From contig CAXXXF010000004.1 in the NCBI GenBank assembly GCA_963667175.2, positions 224,001 through 288,000 of the forward strand: a DNA stretch of 64,000 bases. The letters run 5' to 3'. Made by a program: the position numbers and the translations under genes. Under the pieces are notes generated by a model. That model made no database searches and was not told the origin of the DNA. It was given only the letters and a program-made list of their open reading frames with translations. Each line of letters begins with the position of its first letter. The first letter of the stretch is position 1. Positions 41,191 through 50,905 of the stretch are shown one piece after another. This DNA is from Candidatus Latescibacterota bacterium. GTDB lineage: Bacteria; Latescibacterota; UBA2968; GCA-2709665.

Positions 41191-41943
41191 ATGTCCAATG
41201 CTACGATTGACCTCCTGATGTCACACCGAAGTGTCCGCCGGTTCCAGAACCGGCCGCTGCCCGACGGCGTCCTGGAGACCCTGATCCGGTGCGGGCAGCA
41301 GGCGAGCACGTCCAGCAACCTGCAGGCCTACACGGTCATCCACGTAGCAGATCCAGAGCGGAAGAAGAGACTGGCCGAACTGTGCGCCGACCAGGTGCAG
41401 ATTCACCAGAGTGCGGCGTTTCTGGCCTTCTGCGCGGACCTGCACCGGGACTGGATGGCCAACCGGATGCACGACGCGGAACGGTTTGACGGGGACTACG
41501 CGGAGGCCTTGATGATCGCGACGGTGGACGTGGCGCTGATGATGCAGAACGTGGCGATTGCCGCGGAATCGCTGGGACTGGGCATCTGTATGATCGGCGC
41601 GATGCGGAACAACCCGAAGTCGGTGGGCAAGTTGCTGGATCTGCCTCCGTACGTCGTGGCCGTGGCCGGCTTCTGCATCGGGTATCCGGCGCAGGATCCG
41701 GAGGTCAAACCGCGGTTGCCTCTGGACGCCGTTTTGCATCGCGAGCGGTATCTCTGCGACGAGACGCATCAATTGGCCATGGAGGAATACGACGAGACCA
41801 TGGTCGATTTCTATACCTCGCAGGGGATGCACGAAGGCGACCAGCGATGGACGACGGTCATGGCCGACCGCACCGGGCAATTCCACGCCCGCGCCGAACT
41901 GGACGAGTTCCTGACGGCCCAGGGGTTCCGGGTGCGTCGCTGA
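41191..41943 (+). CDS. NfsA/NfrA-family nitroreductase (NADPH-flavin oxidoreductase)
   Basis: SHRSVRRF, ASTSSNLQ, AESLGLG, KPRLP. Confidence 0.92.
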   Translation: MSNATIDLLMSHRSVRRFQNRPLPDGVLETLIRCGQQASTSSNLQAYTVIHVADPERKKRLAELCADQVQIHQSAAFLAFCADLHRDWMANRMHDAERFDGDYAEALMIATVDVALMMQNVAIAAESLGLGICMIGAMRNNPKSVGKLLDLPPYVVAVAGFCIGYPAQDPEVKPRLPLDAVLHRERYLCDETHQLAMEEYDETMVDFYTSQGMHEGDQRWTTVMADRTGQFHARAELDEFLTAQGFRVRR

Positions 41944-42030
41944 ATCCTGTCCGGCTTGCCTTGTTCTTGACGTCCGGCGGAACATTGTGTATACATTGAA
42001 AAACCGGTGCCTCAACGAAAGTATAGGACA

Positions 42031-42342
42031 ATGGCTGATTCGAAAGTAGACAGGCTCGTTGGCGAGGTCGTAAAGCGTGTGAATCCACTGCGAATCGTGC
42101 TCTTCGGCTCAGCAGCCAGAAACGAGTCAGGGCTGCAGGGCGACATCGATCTTCTGGTCGTCATGCCCGACGGCGCCCATCGGCGGCGAACCGCGCAGAA
42201 ACTCTACCGAGAAGTCAAAGGCCTGGCCGTACCATTCGATATTGTCGTCGCAACCGAACAGGACCTGAAAGAGCACAAAAACAATGACGGCCTGATCTAC
42301 AAGAACGCCCTCAGGGAAGGCATTGAAGTCTATGGGCTCTGA
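42031..42342 (+). CDS. minimal nucleotidyltransferase (MNT antitoxin)
   Basis: LFGSAAR...GDIDLLVV. Confidence 0.88.
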   Translation: MADSKVDRLVGEVVKRVNPLRIVLFGSAARNESGLQGDIDLLVVMPDGAHRRRTAQKLYREVKGLAVPFDIVVATEQDLKEHKNNDGLIYKNALREGIEVYGL

Positions 42343-42733
42343 GACTCAGGTTCCAGGGAATGCCGAAGACTGGCTGCGCTACGCCAGGAGCGACCTGAAG
42401 CTTGCCCGCATCGATAGGCCAGAGGGTGTCTTGCTGGAGAACCTTTGTTTTCATGCTCAACAGGCTGTAGAAAAGACGCTAAAGGCAGTTCTTGTGTTCC
42501 CTAAGGTACATTTCCCCACCACCCACAATATTCGAACATTGATCGATTTCTTACCTGATATGGATATTCCGGAGTTCGTAGAAGACTCCGCAGCTCTGAC
42601 GGACTATGCCGTTGTGTCTCGATATCCCGGAAACATCGAGCCGGTCGAAGAAAACAAATACCGGCATTCAATTTTCGTTGCAGAGGCAGTCCTGAGTTGG
42701 GCAGAGACGTTGATTTACAAAGGCGATACATGA
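42332..42733 (+). CDS. HEPN domain protein
   Basis: CFHAQQAVEKTLKA, THNI, SRYPG. Overlaps the MNT gene. Confidence 0.9.
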   Translation: MGSETQVPGNAEDWLRYARSDLKLARIDRPEGVLLENLCFHAQQAVEKTLKAVLVFPKVHFPTTHNIRTLIDFLPDMDIPEFVEDSAALTDYAVVSRYPGNIEPVEENKYRHSIFVAEAVLSWAETLIYKGDT

Positions 42734-43095
42734 ACAACGTCATTGAACATATCGATCGCCTGAAATCGGAGTTGGGCGAATTACGGCCATTGCCTTCCGA
42801 GGTCGTAGGGCGAATCGAGCAAAAGCTCCGGATCAAGTCCAATTACCACTCGAATGCCATCGAAGGCAACAGCCTGACGCTTGGAGAAACGAAAAGCGTG
42901 ATCCTCCATGGACTGTCCGCCCATGGCATGAGGATGCGGGATCATTTTGATATTGAGAGCCATGATGATGCGACAAAGGCAGTTGAGGATGCAGTCAAAC
43001 ACAACGAACCTCTCAATGAGATCTTCATTCGGAATCTCCACAAAATACCGTTGAAAGCGCCCGATAGAATCGCTACGTCCAATGAAGGCGTATAG
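42730..43095 (+). pseudogene. truncated Fic protein (N-terminal ~110 aa)
   Basis: About 74% aa identity by hand count to the N-terminus of Fic 47867. Lacks the HPFxxGNGR motif. Confidence 0.85.
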
Positions 43096-43150
43096 ATTGG
43101 CCGATTTCTCAGCTAATGACGACAAGACGACTCGACAGGAGTAATTAGTA

Positions 43151-43846
43151 ATGAGAATTGAGCCCGAAATCTCCGGAGTTTCGCTCGTTATGCTTGGCCA
43201 TTTCAATCCTGTGATATTTACACCCGCCTGGTTCGGATGGCATCAGCTTCTACCTAAGAGGGTAATCGAAGTTGCAGATACGAACATTGCGCATCCCCAA
43301 ATTTCGAGCTTTAACGCCGATTGGCTCAACATTCAAGTCGTTCCCGAACGTATGCAAATGGATACAACCCAGCCGCCCTACGTTCGGATTCGAGACCTGG
43401 CTGTCCGAATATTTCTCGAACACCTTCACCATACACCGCTAACCTCTGTCGGTATTAACCGTGACGTCCACTTTTGCGTGCAGGACCATAAACAGAGAGA
43501 CCGACTCGGAAAATTATTGGCGCCCGCAGAGCCTTGGGGTGATTGGGCAGCAAAACTTGGCCTGGATGGAAACCGCGGTGGAATGGTATCCCTTACGATG
43601 AGACAGGTAGACCCTTGTAACAGACCGGTTGGCGGGCAAATTAACGTTAAGGTGGAGCCATCCAATAGGGTCGCGCAAGAGCTTCCCGGGGTATACGTTG
43701 GGGTCAATGACCACTACGTTGTAGGAAATGTGGAACCACAGACGCAAACCAGCGAAGTCGTTGAGTTGATCGAGGAGAAATTCGACGATTCATTGCGCCG
43801 TGCCGACGAAATTATCGATCACATAATGTCCTTGACAGCCCGTTGA
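43151..43846 (+). CDS. hypothetical protein, TIGR04255-like; last codons replaced by a MITE
   Basis: LVMLGHFNPVIFTPAWF, HTPLTSVGIN, INVKVEPS, VNDHY. Confidence 0.6.
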   Translation: MRIEPEISGVSLVMLGHFNPVIFTPAWFGWHQLLPKRVIEVADTNIAHPQISSFNADWLNIQVVPERMQMDTTQPPYVRIRDLAVRIFLEHLHHTPLTSVGINRDVHFCVQDHKQRDRLGKLLAPAEPWGDWAAKLGLDGNRGGMVSLTMRQVDPCNRPVGGQINVKVEPSNRVAQELPGVYVGVNDHYVVGNVEPQTQTSEVVELIEEKFDDSLRRADEIIDHIMSLTAR

Positions 43847-44206
43847 TAGAGTCCATCCGGGCTGCCTGCCTGTGCGTTCGTACGCAGACAGGCGTCCGGC
43901 CCTTGTGGCCGAAATACTGCGTTGCCTGCCTGCAGCAGGCAGGCGCTCCCTCCCCGAATCCAGGGAATCGCGTCGGTCGCATGCTTTGTCTTCGGCCACA
44001 ATGACAAGTGTTCCGTCCCGGAAATAGATTGCCGAAATTCGACCGCCGAGTCGCCCGGCTGGCAAGACGCCTGAGCGAGGCGACCTGCCCAGGGTCACCA
44101 AGCGAAGGCAACGCCGCCAGACGGGATGAATCGGCGGATGGATGGTGACATATTTCCGGGAAGGGACACCATACCTCGCCTGCAGAGCGACTTTTTCAAC
44201 GGACTG
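43836..44206 (-). mobile_element. MITE copy 3 (371 bp, inverted, extra internal segment)
   Basis: CAGCCCGTTGATAGAGTC ... GACTTTTTCAACGGACTG. Flanks TTGA/TTAA. Confidence 0.85.
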
Positions 44207-44223
44207 TTAACGGAGGAACAATA

Positions 44224-44835
44224 ATGCCAGATTCAGCAGCCGCACCTGAAAGCAATAGCTTACATAGTACATCCAGCCTCAACGATAATTCGAGCGATGC
44301 CAGTGCGCCTAACCAATTGCTTCGGGAAAGATATGCGGATCGGATTACGGCGACATTACAACAGCCTCGCATCCCTCCAACGCACGACACTGATGTCGCG
44401 GACACTACGATTGAGGATCAAGTGACGTCGGCCCGAATCGGATCCGATTTAGGCAAAGTAATAGATTTTCCTGATTTAGCCGGGGTTTCAAGAACCGCGC
44501 CCAGCAGCAGTTTCCATTTGCTTCAGGAATGGGAAGGCTACGTAATCTTGAAGGGAAAGGAAGACTTCACGGTACGGCTATTGGATCTAACCACAGGTTC
44601 CACGTATGAAGAGGAAGAAGCTGTTATACCATTTTCCGAGATCACGGACGACGAACGCAAGCGCATGGGTCCTGGTAGCATTTTTCGCTGGGTCATTGGC
44701 TACGAGCGATCCGCCAGTGGGACCAAACAGCGCGTATCCCGGATCGTCTTTCGCGATCTTCCTGTGCTTACGAAACAAGAAATAATGGAGGCCGACCAAC
44801 GGGCTAAGAGGACGTCTCGGTTATGGGCAGATTGA
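44224..44835 (+). CDS. hypothetical protein (low-complexity N-terminus, folded C-terminal domain)
   Basis: GGAGG RBS. LQEWEGYV..FTVRLLDLT..GSIFRWVIGY..RVSRIVFR. Confidence 0.75.
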   Translation: MPDSAAAPESNSLHSTSSLNDNSSDASAPNQLLRERYADRITATLQQPRIPPTHDTDVADTTIEDQVTSARIGSDLGKVIDFPDLAGVSRTAPSSSFHLLQEWEGYVILKGKEDFTVRLLDLTTGSTYEEEEAVIPFSEITDDERKRMGPGSIFRWVIGYERSASGTKQRVSRIVFRDLPVLTKQEIMEADQRAKRTSRLWAD

Positions 44836-45009
44836 CAGCAGTTGGCGAACCACCAGAACAGGACGTCCTGGAAGTAACCCTATTGGGACCTGGCTATGGA
44901 GAATGCATTTTACTTCACATAGGTAACGGGAGTTGGGTAATTGTCGATTCCTGCATTGATGTGGATTCGCGCCCGGCAGCGTTGGCATATTTTCAAGACC
45001 TCGGTCTAA

Positions 45010-46562
45010 CCTTGATTCCGCAAAAATCAGGCGGCTTTCTGTAGCGCGTTGCAGATTTTCCGGTATTGTTTTTCGGTGTGTTTGTTGCGTTGTAGTCTCA
45101 GGGTGAGTCGTCCTTTTGGTCGGACGAGGTATCCGGCTTTGTTGATGAGTTCGAACCGGAGTGTGCGTATGGATTTGAGGGCCCATCGGTTGGTACTTTT
45201 CAAGGTGCGATTGCGTTGTGTCAGTCCGGTTTCGATTTGGAAGTTGGCCAGGAGGTTATGAGCGAGAATGACGAACTGTTGCCAAGCGCTATTGGCGTGG
45301 TAATCGTTAGTGGGAATGGTATCGAAGCTGAGTCCGGTCTTGAGTTCGCCGATGGCTTTCTCGTGTGCGCCTCGGCCTGCCATGAAGCGCCACAGCGCGC
45401 GCAACTTGAGGGGTAGGTTGGTGGCCACCGCGGAGTATTCGAAGGTGCCGTCATTGGGATCGAACAGGTCCAACTGGTAGTTCTTGCGAGTTTTATGCAT
45501 CACGCGTTTTCGAAAGATCGCTATGTTGAACGTGCGTTTCCATTTCTTGATCGTCAGCGTTGACGTGAAGCCGTCGACGCCTTTCTCGATCCTTTGCCAG
45601 TGGGTGCGTTGTTGGATTTGCTGCCGCAAGTCCAGGCCTTTCCAGAAGGGCACTTTGATGGCGTATGAGGCCTTGTTCTTGATGAGCGTTTTAAGCACGT
45701 CTTCCTTGAAATAGTCGCCATCCATACGGAATCGGAGGGTGTAGGCATCCCCCAAGCTTTCTTCGACCTGGGTAAACACGTCCTTTAGAAACGGGATGGA
45801 GGCGCTGCCGTCATTGACGTTGCCTGGACGGTTGTGCACGCCCAGAAAATGACCACTGTCGGCCAGGTAGGCGGTAATCGGATAGTAACTGGGCACTTTA
45901 CGATGGTGCGGATTATAGCCACGACGGGCACCGTCGACGTGCTTTCCCGTGCACAAGACCGTGCCGTCGACGTCGATGGTTAACGTGCGGGCGCGTAGCG
46001 ATGGGAGCGCATCGGCTACAACGTCGGCGTTGAGGCGTTTCAGGGCTTCCACGCCACGCCCCGTAAAGCGCTTCAAAAAGCGGCTGACACTGTCGTCGGA
46101 GGGCAGGTCACACAGTCCACAAAACCGCTGTATCAGGGGGTCCCCTTTTAGGAAATTCAGATGTCGCAGCCGTCGCCCACCAACCACTAACAAGCCCAAG
46201 ATCACGCGAGAAAGACTCACTACACCAAAATCACCGCCACACACCACACCACGGAGTGAGCCACGCAATTGACGGTTCCATTCAATCTTTCGCAAAAAAC
46301 GCATGAACGGTTCCAATCCCGCATACGACGTGAGGCCTTCACCGGTGAATTCCATCTCCAATTTGTCGTTGACACGACACCGTAAATCCGCTTTCTTTCG
46401 TCTCACAGCAGGTGGCCTTTCGTTTTGAGTTAAATGGGGGTATTGTCGCTTCCCAATATACCAAAATGAAAGGCCTTTTCCTATTGAAAATTATACACTT
46501 ATTCACAATTTGACGCCAACTTCATTGTAACGGAACTCAACCGCTTTTTTGCGGAATCAAGG
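45010..46562 (-). mobile_element. IS1380-family insertion sequence (1553 bp)
   Basis: Perfect 17-bp IR CCTTGATTCCGCAAAAA. 4-bp target duplication CTAA at 45006-9 and 46563-6. Confidence 0.93.
45027..46406 (-). CDS. IS1380-family DDE transposase
   Basis: LTSYAGL, TIDVDGT, RMDGDY, RGAHEKAIGELK, ANSAW. Confidence 0.92.
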   Translation of the reverse strand: MRRKKADLRCRVNDKLEMEFTGEGLTSYAGLEPFMRFLRKIEWNRQLRGSLRGVVCGGDFGVVSLSRVILGLLVVGGRRLRHLNFLKGDPLIQRFCGLCDLPSDDSVSRFLKRFTGRGVEALKRLNADVVADALPSLRARTLTIDVDGTVLCTGKHVDGARRGYNPHHRKVPSYYPITAYLADSGHFLGVHNRPGNVNDGSASIPFLKDVFTQVEESLGDAYTLRFRMDGDYFKEDVLKTLIKNKASYAIKVPFWKGLDLRQQIQQRTHWQRIEKGVDGFTSTLTIKKWKRTFNIAIFRKRVMHKTRKNYQLDLFDPNDGTFEYSAVATNLPLKLRALWRFMAGRGAHEKAIGELKTGLSFDTIPTNDYHANSAWQQFVILAHNLLANFQIETGLTQRNRTLKSTNRWALKSIRTLRFELINKAGYLVRPKGRLTLRLQRNKHTEKQYRKICNALQKAA

Positions 46563-47507
46563 CTAAACCCTGCTGATGTCGTTCGCCTTATTGTCGCGTC
46601 TCATTGGCATGACGACCACATACGAGGAATTGGAGAATTGGTCGATGTCTGCGCCAATGCGCATTTCTGCTGCGCATCTGCCCTTCGAGCAGAGGAATTT
46701 CTTGCCATGATGGACTCTGTAGCAAGCCGTCCGATGTCTAATGTAAGTTCTGGAATGCAGGAACTCTATACGGTCCGATCTCTTCTCGAAAAGAGATCCG
46801 TCAAACCCCTTTTCGCAATAGCAAATCGTAGAATCTTCAGGTGTGACAATTGCGAATTATGGTCCCTCTCGCCATTTGATAAGCATGTCGATGTCTTTTT
46901 GCGCCAAATTGACCGAATCCGACCTCAAGAAGGGGCGACAAAAAGGCGAATACACAGCTTGACTCCCAACGAAATTTCGGTTGTCCTGTTAGTCAAAATC
47001 GACAATACGGCGATTCTCCTGGGTTCCGATCTTGAAAGGCCGGGCTGGTTGGAAATACTCGCCTCAAATGAAAGACCGAATTGCAAAGCGTCGGTATTCA
47101 AGATTCCGCACCATGGTTCCCGAAACGCCCACGAGGATCGAGTTTGGACTGAGATGCTACACGACAATCCGATAGCAACTCTCACTCCATGGAAGAAAGG
47201 TGGACGAAGTTTGCCAGATGAAACGGATGTAACACGAATTCTATCTTTCACCCGAAAGGCTTACGCTACCTCAGCGTTACGAGTTTCCAATCGCAAACCC
47301 GCACGCAGACGAGCTAAGACGGTCGAAAAGTCCATTAGAGAAGTTAGCAAAAGGATCGGCGCCATAGCCCGCTCTTCCGGAATGATCCGGCTCCGCAGGG
47401 AGTTCGCGTCAAAACTCGACTGGGATATTACGATTGTTGCGCCAGCTCGCCAATTGATGTAATTAGCGGTGGTTCAAATTCAGAATTGGCAACACTACGC
47501 TTTTAGA

Positions 47508-47815
47508 ATAGGGTAAGCCGGTCCGTCGGCACAGGATGTTTCTACCGTTGGCTGCGCGCGTTGCCTGCTTCCCCAACGACGGCGGCCTTCCCCGATCGAT
47601 AGACGGACGGCGCCCGTATTATCTTTTTCTAGGCCTGCTCAGCGTTCACTGCGCGTTTCGGCCTGCATACTCGCCAAGTCGCCTTGCGGCCCTCGACACC
47701 GGAGGCTTGGGAGAGGTCGTTACCCTCATTCCCCGCACCGATTGCTACCGACCGAAGCAACAATTGTCGGGTGGGTCTCTCACCCACTGGAGTTCCGCGC
47801 CTTTTCATGGCGCAC
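47508..47815 (-). mobile_element. internally deleted, ORF-less group II intron relic (308 nt)
   Basis: Minus strand starts GTGCGCCATGAAAAGGCGCG...GTGGGTGAGAGACCCAC (domain I-like) and ends GCCGACGGACCGGCTTACCCTAT (domain VI-like, ..AT). No domain V or RT seen. Confidence 0.7.
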
Positions 47816-47866
47816 TGTCGATTTAAGGCTAAGTTGGGAAGAATCACTGATCTGCAGAAACAGACC

Positions 47867-49192
47867 ATGAGCAACGTCATTGAAAAAATCGATGCGTTGA
47901 AAGCGGAGTTGGACGCATTGCGGCCGCTGCCACCCGATGTTGTGGGGCGAATTGAGCAAAAGCTCCGAATTGAGTCGAACTATCACTCCAATGCCATCGA
48001 AGGCAACAGCCTGACCCTCGGAGAAACGAGAAGCCTGATTCTGCACGGCCTCACTTCTCATGGGAAGTCCATGCGCGACCATCTGGATATCGAGGGGCAC
48101 GACGAAGCGGTAAAGGCGATTGCGGATGCAGTCGAACGAAACGAATCTCTCAATGAAGTCTTCATCAGAAATCTTCACGGCGTACTGCTGAAGCAGCCGT
48201 ATGAGATTGACGCAATCAAGCCGGATGGGGAACCGACGAAGCGACTCATTTCCATCGGTAAATACAAGACACTTTCCAATAACGTGAGAACGACTACGGG
48301 TGAAATCTACTATTTCACGCCCCCCGACCAGGTAAAGCCGGCAATGAGCGACCTCATCGACTGGTATCGGCGAGCCGAGAAAGAGGGAGAGCATCCGATT
48401 GTCATCGCGGCGACGTTTCACTATCGTTTCGTCAGGATTCATCCGTTTGACGATGGGAACGGGCGCATGGCTCGGCTTCTGATGAACATGATCCTGATTA
48501 AACACGGCTATACTGTGGCAGTTGTACCCATACAACAAAGAAGCCGATACATCAGCACGCTGGAACAGGCCGACAATTCAGAAGACCTGTCCGAGTTTAT
48601 TGAGTGTATCGCGGAAAATTGCGAAAATACCCTGAATCTCCATCTGCGCGCCGCCCGTGGCGAGGACATCGAAGACGTCGAGGACATCGATAAAGAGATC
48701 GCGCTCTTTAAACGATCGATTCAAACTGGCGGAGGTGAGTTGTTTCAGGCCAGAGCGTACGCTGGGAACGTGCTGTATCCGCTTTTTTCCTATTGCAAAG
48801 AAAAATGTGAGCAATTTTCCGGCATGTTCGAAAGTGTCAATGCAGATAATGGTGAATGTTCTGTGAGAAATGCGGATGACAACGTCTCAAGTCTTGATCT
48901 GACTAAGGATCAAGTTAAAGCTTGGCCGGAATACGCCGTGTACGTTTCTACATCTTTGCTGATTTCCCTCAATCAATTTCAGGCCAAACAAGATGCCGAT
49001 TTTTTAATCCAAATTGAGAATGAAGTTGGATCGCATGGCTCCGTCTGGCGGTTTATGTCAATGGGACTTGACTACGAAAGAGAATATGCGGGTCAGGACC
49101 TGGAGGTACTCAAGAGGATGTTTAACGATATTATCAGGCAACTCATGGTAAGCCTCTCAGAGATTTCGGACGATCGGAAGGATGAGGAATAA
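47867..49192 (+). CDS. Fic family protein with C-terminal extension
   Basis: HPFDDGNGRMAR, plus N-terminal SNAIEGN autoinhibitory motif. Confidence 0.93.
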   Translation: MSNVIEKIDALKAELDALRPLPPDVVGRIEQKLRIESNYHSNAIEGNSLTLGETRSLILHGLTSHGKSMRDHLDIEGHDEAVKAIADAVERNESLNEVFIRNLHGVLLKQPYEIDAIKPDGEPTKRLISIGKYKTLSNNVRTTTGEIYYFTPPDQVKPAMSDLIDWYRRAEKEGEHPIVIAATFHYRFVRIHPFDDGNGRMARLLMNMILIKHGYTVAVVPIQQRSRYISTLEQADNSEDLSEFIECIAENCENTLNLHLRAARGEDIEDVEDIDKEIALFKRSIQTGGGELFQARAYAGNVLYPLFSYCKEKCEQFSGMFESVNADNGECSVRNADDNVSSLDLTKDQVKAWPEYAVYVSTSLLISLNQFQAKQDADFLIQIENEVGSHGSVWRFMSMGLDYEREYAGQDLEVLKRMFNDIIRQLMVSLSEISDDRKDEE

Positions 49193-49238
49193 CGAGGCGA
49201 ACGGACGATATGGCGCGAATTCCGGACGTAGGCAAACC

Positions 49239-50408
49239 ATGAGAAAATACCAGAAGACCCATCCCTGGATCACGTTTCAAGTCGATCTTCGTGATGTGCC
49301 GTATTCGCTTTGGATGAAACTGGGCGAATGCGCTTCCAAGATCGAGCACGTCTCCAGGGCGCCGCTCGTTCATGAATCGGCGGAGGACCTCTATAAGGTT
49401 TATCTGGCCAAGGGCGTCCATGCCACGACCGCCATTGAAGGAAATACCCTGTCCGAAGAGGATGTGTTGCGGCATATAGAGGGAAAACTGGAACTGCCCC
49501 CCTCGCGGGAGTATCTGGTCCAGGAGATTGACAACATTATTAAGGCGATCAACGCTACAATCAAGGGAATGCGCGAGGGGTCGGTCCAGCCTCTGGATTT
49601 CGAATGGATCAAAGAGGTGAATAGAGCCGTTCTCGACAAACTCGACCAACAGGAAGGTTCCATTCCGGGCACGATTCGAACCCACTCCGTGGGCGTGGGC
49701 AGGCGATATCGAGGCGCGCCCGCGGAGGATTGCGAACACCTGCTGGAGAAACTATGCAACTGGCTACGAGATGAATTCAAGGTACCGGCAGGCGAGGAGA
49801 TTACGTTTGCAATCATCAAGGCGGTAATGGCCCATCTTTATGTGGCATGGATCCATCCGTTTGGAGACGGCAACGGCCGCACGGCGAGGTTGCTGGAATT
49901 CGCAATCCTGTTGCGGTCGGGCATACCGGTACCCGCCTGTCACCTATTGAGCAGCCATTATAGCGCCACGCGTGTCGAATACGCGCGCCAACTCGCGCGG
50001 ACCAGCCAATCCGGTGGAAAGGTCGTACCCTTTCTCGCCTATGCCGTACAGGGATTCCTCGACGGGCTTCACGGTCAACTGGAGATGATCTGGAAGCAGC
50101 ATCTGGATATCGTTTGGCAGCACCACATATATCAGCATTTTCCAAGGCAGGATACTGTCGCTGGAAAAAGGCGCCGCGCCCTGCTTCTGGATCTATCGGC
50201 CGGCGATCAAGCAGTAGATCCATTGTCATTAATGATGACAGGTGACCGCTTAGGCGAGTCCTACAGGGAAAAACCATGGATCATCATGAAGGATCTACAA
50301 TGGCTCACGGAGAAGAATTGGATTACAAAGGAAGGGAACAGCTACTGCGCCAATAAGGAAACAATGCTGAAACGCCGGCCGTTTCGTGTGCCTTCAAGTG
50401 GGAGTTAA
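49239..50408 (+). CDS. Fic family protein
   Basis: HPFGDGNGRTAR, TTAIEGN. Start could be 49182. Confidence 0.92.
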   Translation: MRKYQKTHPWITFQVDLRDVPYSLWMKLGECASKIEHVSRAPLVHESAEDLYKVYLAKGVHATTAIEGNTLSEEDVLRHIEGKLELPPSREYLVQEIDNIIKAINATIKGMREGSVQPLDFEWIKEVNRAVLDKLDQQEGSIPGTIRTHSVGVGRRYRGAPAEDCEHLLEKLCNWLRDEFKVPAGEEITFAIIKAVMAHLYVAWIHPFGDGNGRTARLLEFAILLRSGIPVPACHLLSSHYSATRVEYARQLARTSQSGGKVVPFLAYAVQGFLDGLHGQLEMIWKQHLDIVWQHHIYQHFPRQDTVAGKRRRALLLDLSAGDQAVDPLSLMMTGDRLGESYREKPWIIMKDLQWLTEKNWITKEGNSYCANKETMLKRRPFRVPSSGS

Positions 50409-50417
50409 CTGGAATTG

Positions 50418-50732
50418 ATGAGCGCAAGAATCGACGTTCCAAAGAAAAAGATCGCCACCTTCTGCCGGCGAAACGGTATCCGTCGCATGGCCCTGTTCGG
50501 CTCGGTACTGCGCGACGACTTCACGCCCGAGAGCGACGTGGATGTACTCGTGGAGTTCGAGCCAGGCAAGACGCCGGGACTGGCGTTCTTCACCATGCAG
50601 GACGAGTTGTCGGAAATATATGGGAGAAGAGTGGATCTCCACACCTTCCGGGGCGTCGAAAGCAACCCCAATTGGCTGCTTCGGAAGGAAATACTCGGCT
50701 CGGCGGAGGCGGTCTATGACCAGGCGGGATGA
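50418..50732 (+). CDS. minimal nucleotidyltransferase (MntA-like)
   Basis: LFGSVLRDDFTPESDVDVLVEF. Confidence 0.9.
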   Translation: MSARIDVPKKKIATFCRRNGIRRMALFGSVLRDDFTPESDVDVLVEFEPGKTPGLAFFTMQDELSEIYGRRVDLHTFRGVESNPNWLLRKEILGSAEAVYDQAG

Positions 50733-50778
50733 CCTGCCGCGGCTGATAGAGCAACTGGAATCCATCGTCAAAGAATAG
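50716..50778 (+). pseudogene. internally deleted DUF86/HepT toxin
   Basis: MTRRDDLPRLIEQLESIVKE* looks like the first and last residues of a DUF86 protein fused together. Overlaps the MNT end. Confidence 0.6.
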
Positions 50779-50905
50779 GTGTACCAACACAGCGCGGTCA
50801 GATGGTTGGATGTGCCCGTTGCTCCGGGTTCTTCGACCATCTGGCCGCGTTTGGTACATAGGGATATTCAAGGGCGTCCTGCGGGATCTCCCAGTCACCC
50901 CCATA

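Larger units (their letters stand above)
44823..47462 (+). pseudogene. ComEC/Rec2-like MBL-fold metallo-hydrolase interrupted by IS1380
   Basis: Removing the IS and one CTAA joins ...FQDLGL-N-PADVVRLIVASHWHDDHIRG... in frame. Also GYGECILL, IVDSC, LLGSD and KIPHHGS. Restored length 360 aa. Confidence 0.9.

Noticed and set aside
47684-47866. N-terminal extension of the Fic ORF
   Set aside because: Derived from the antisense intron relic. The paralogue alignment places the start at ATG 47867.
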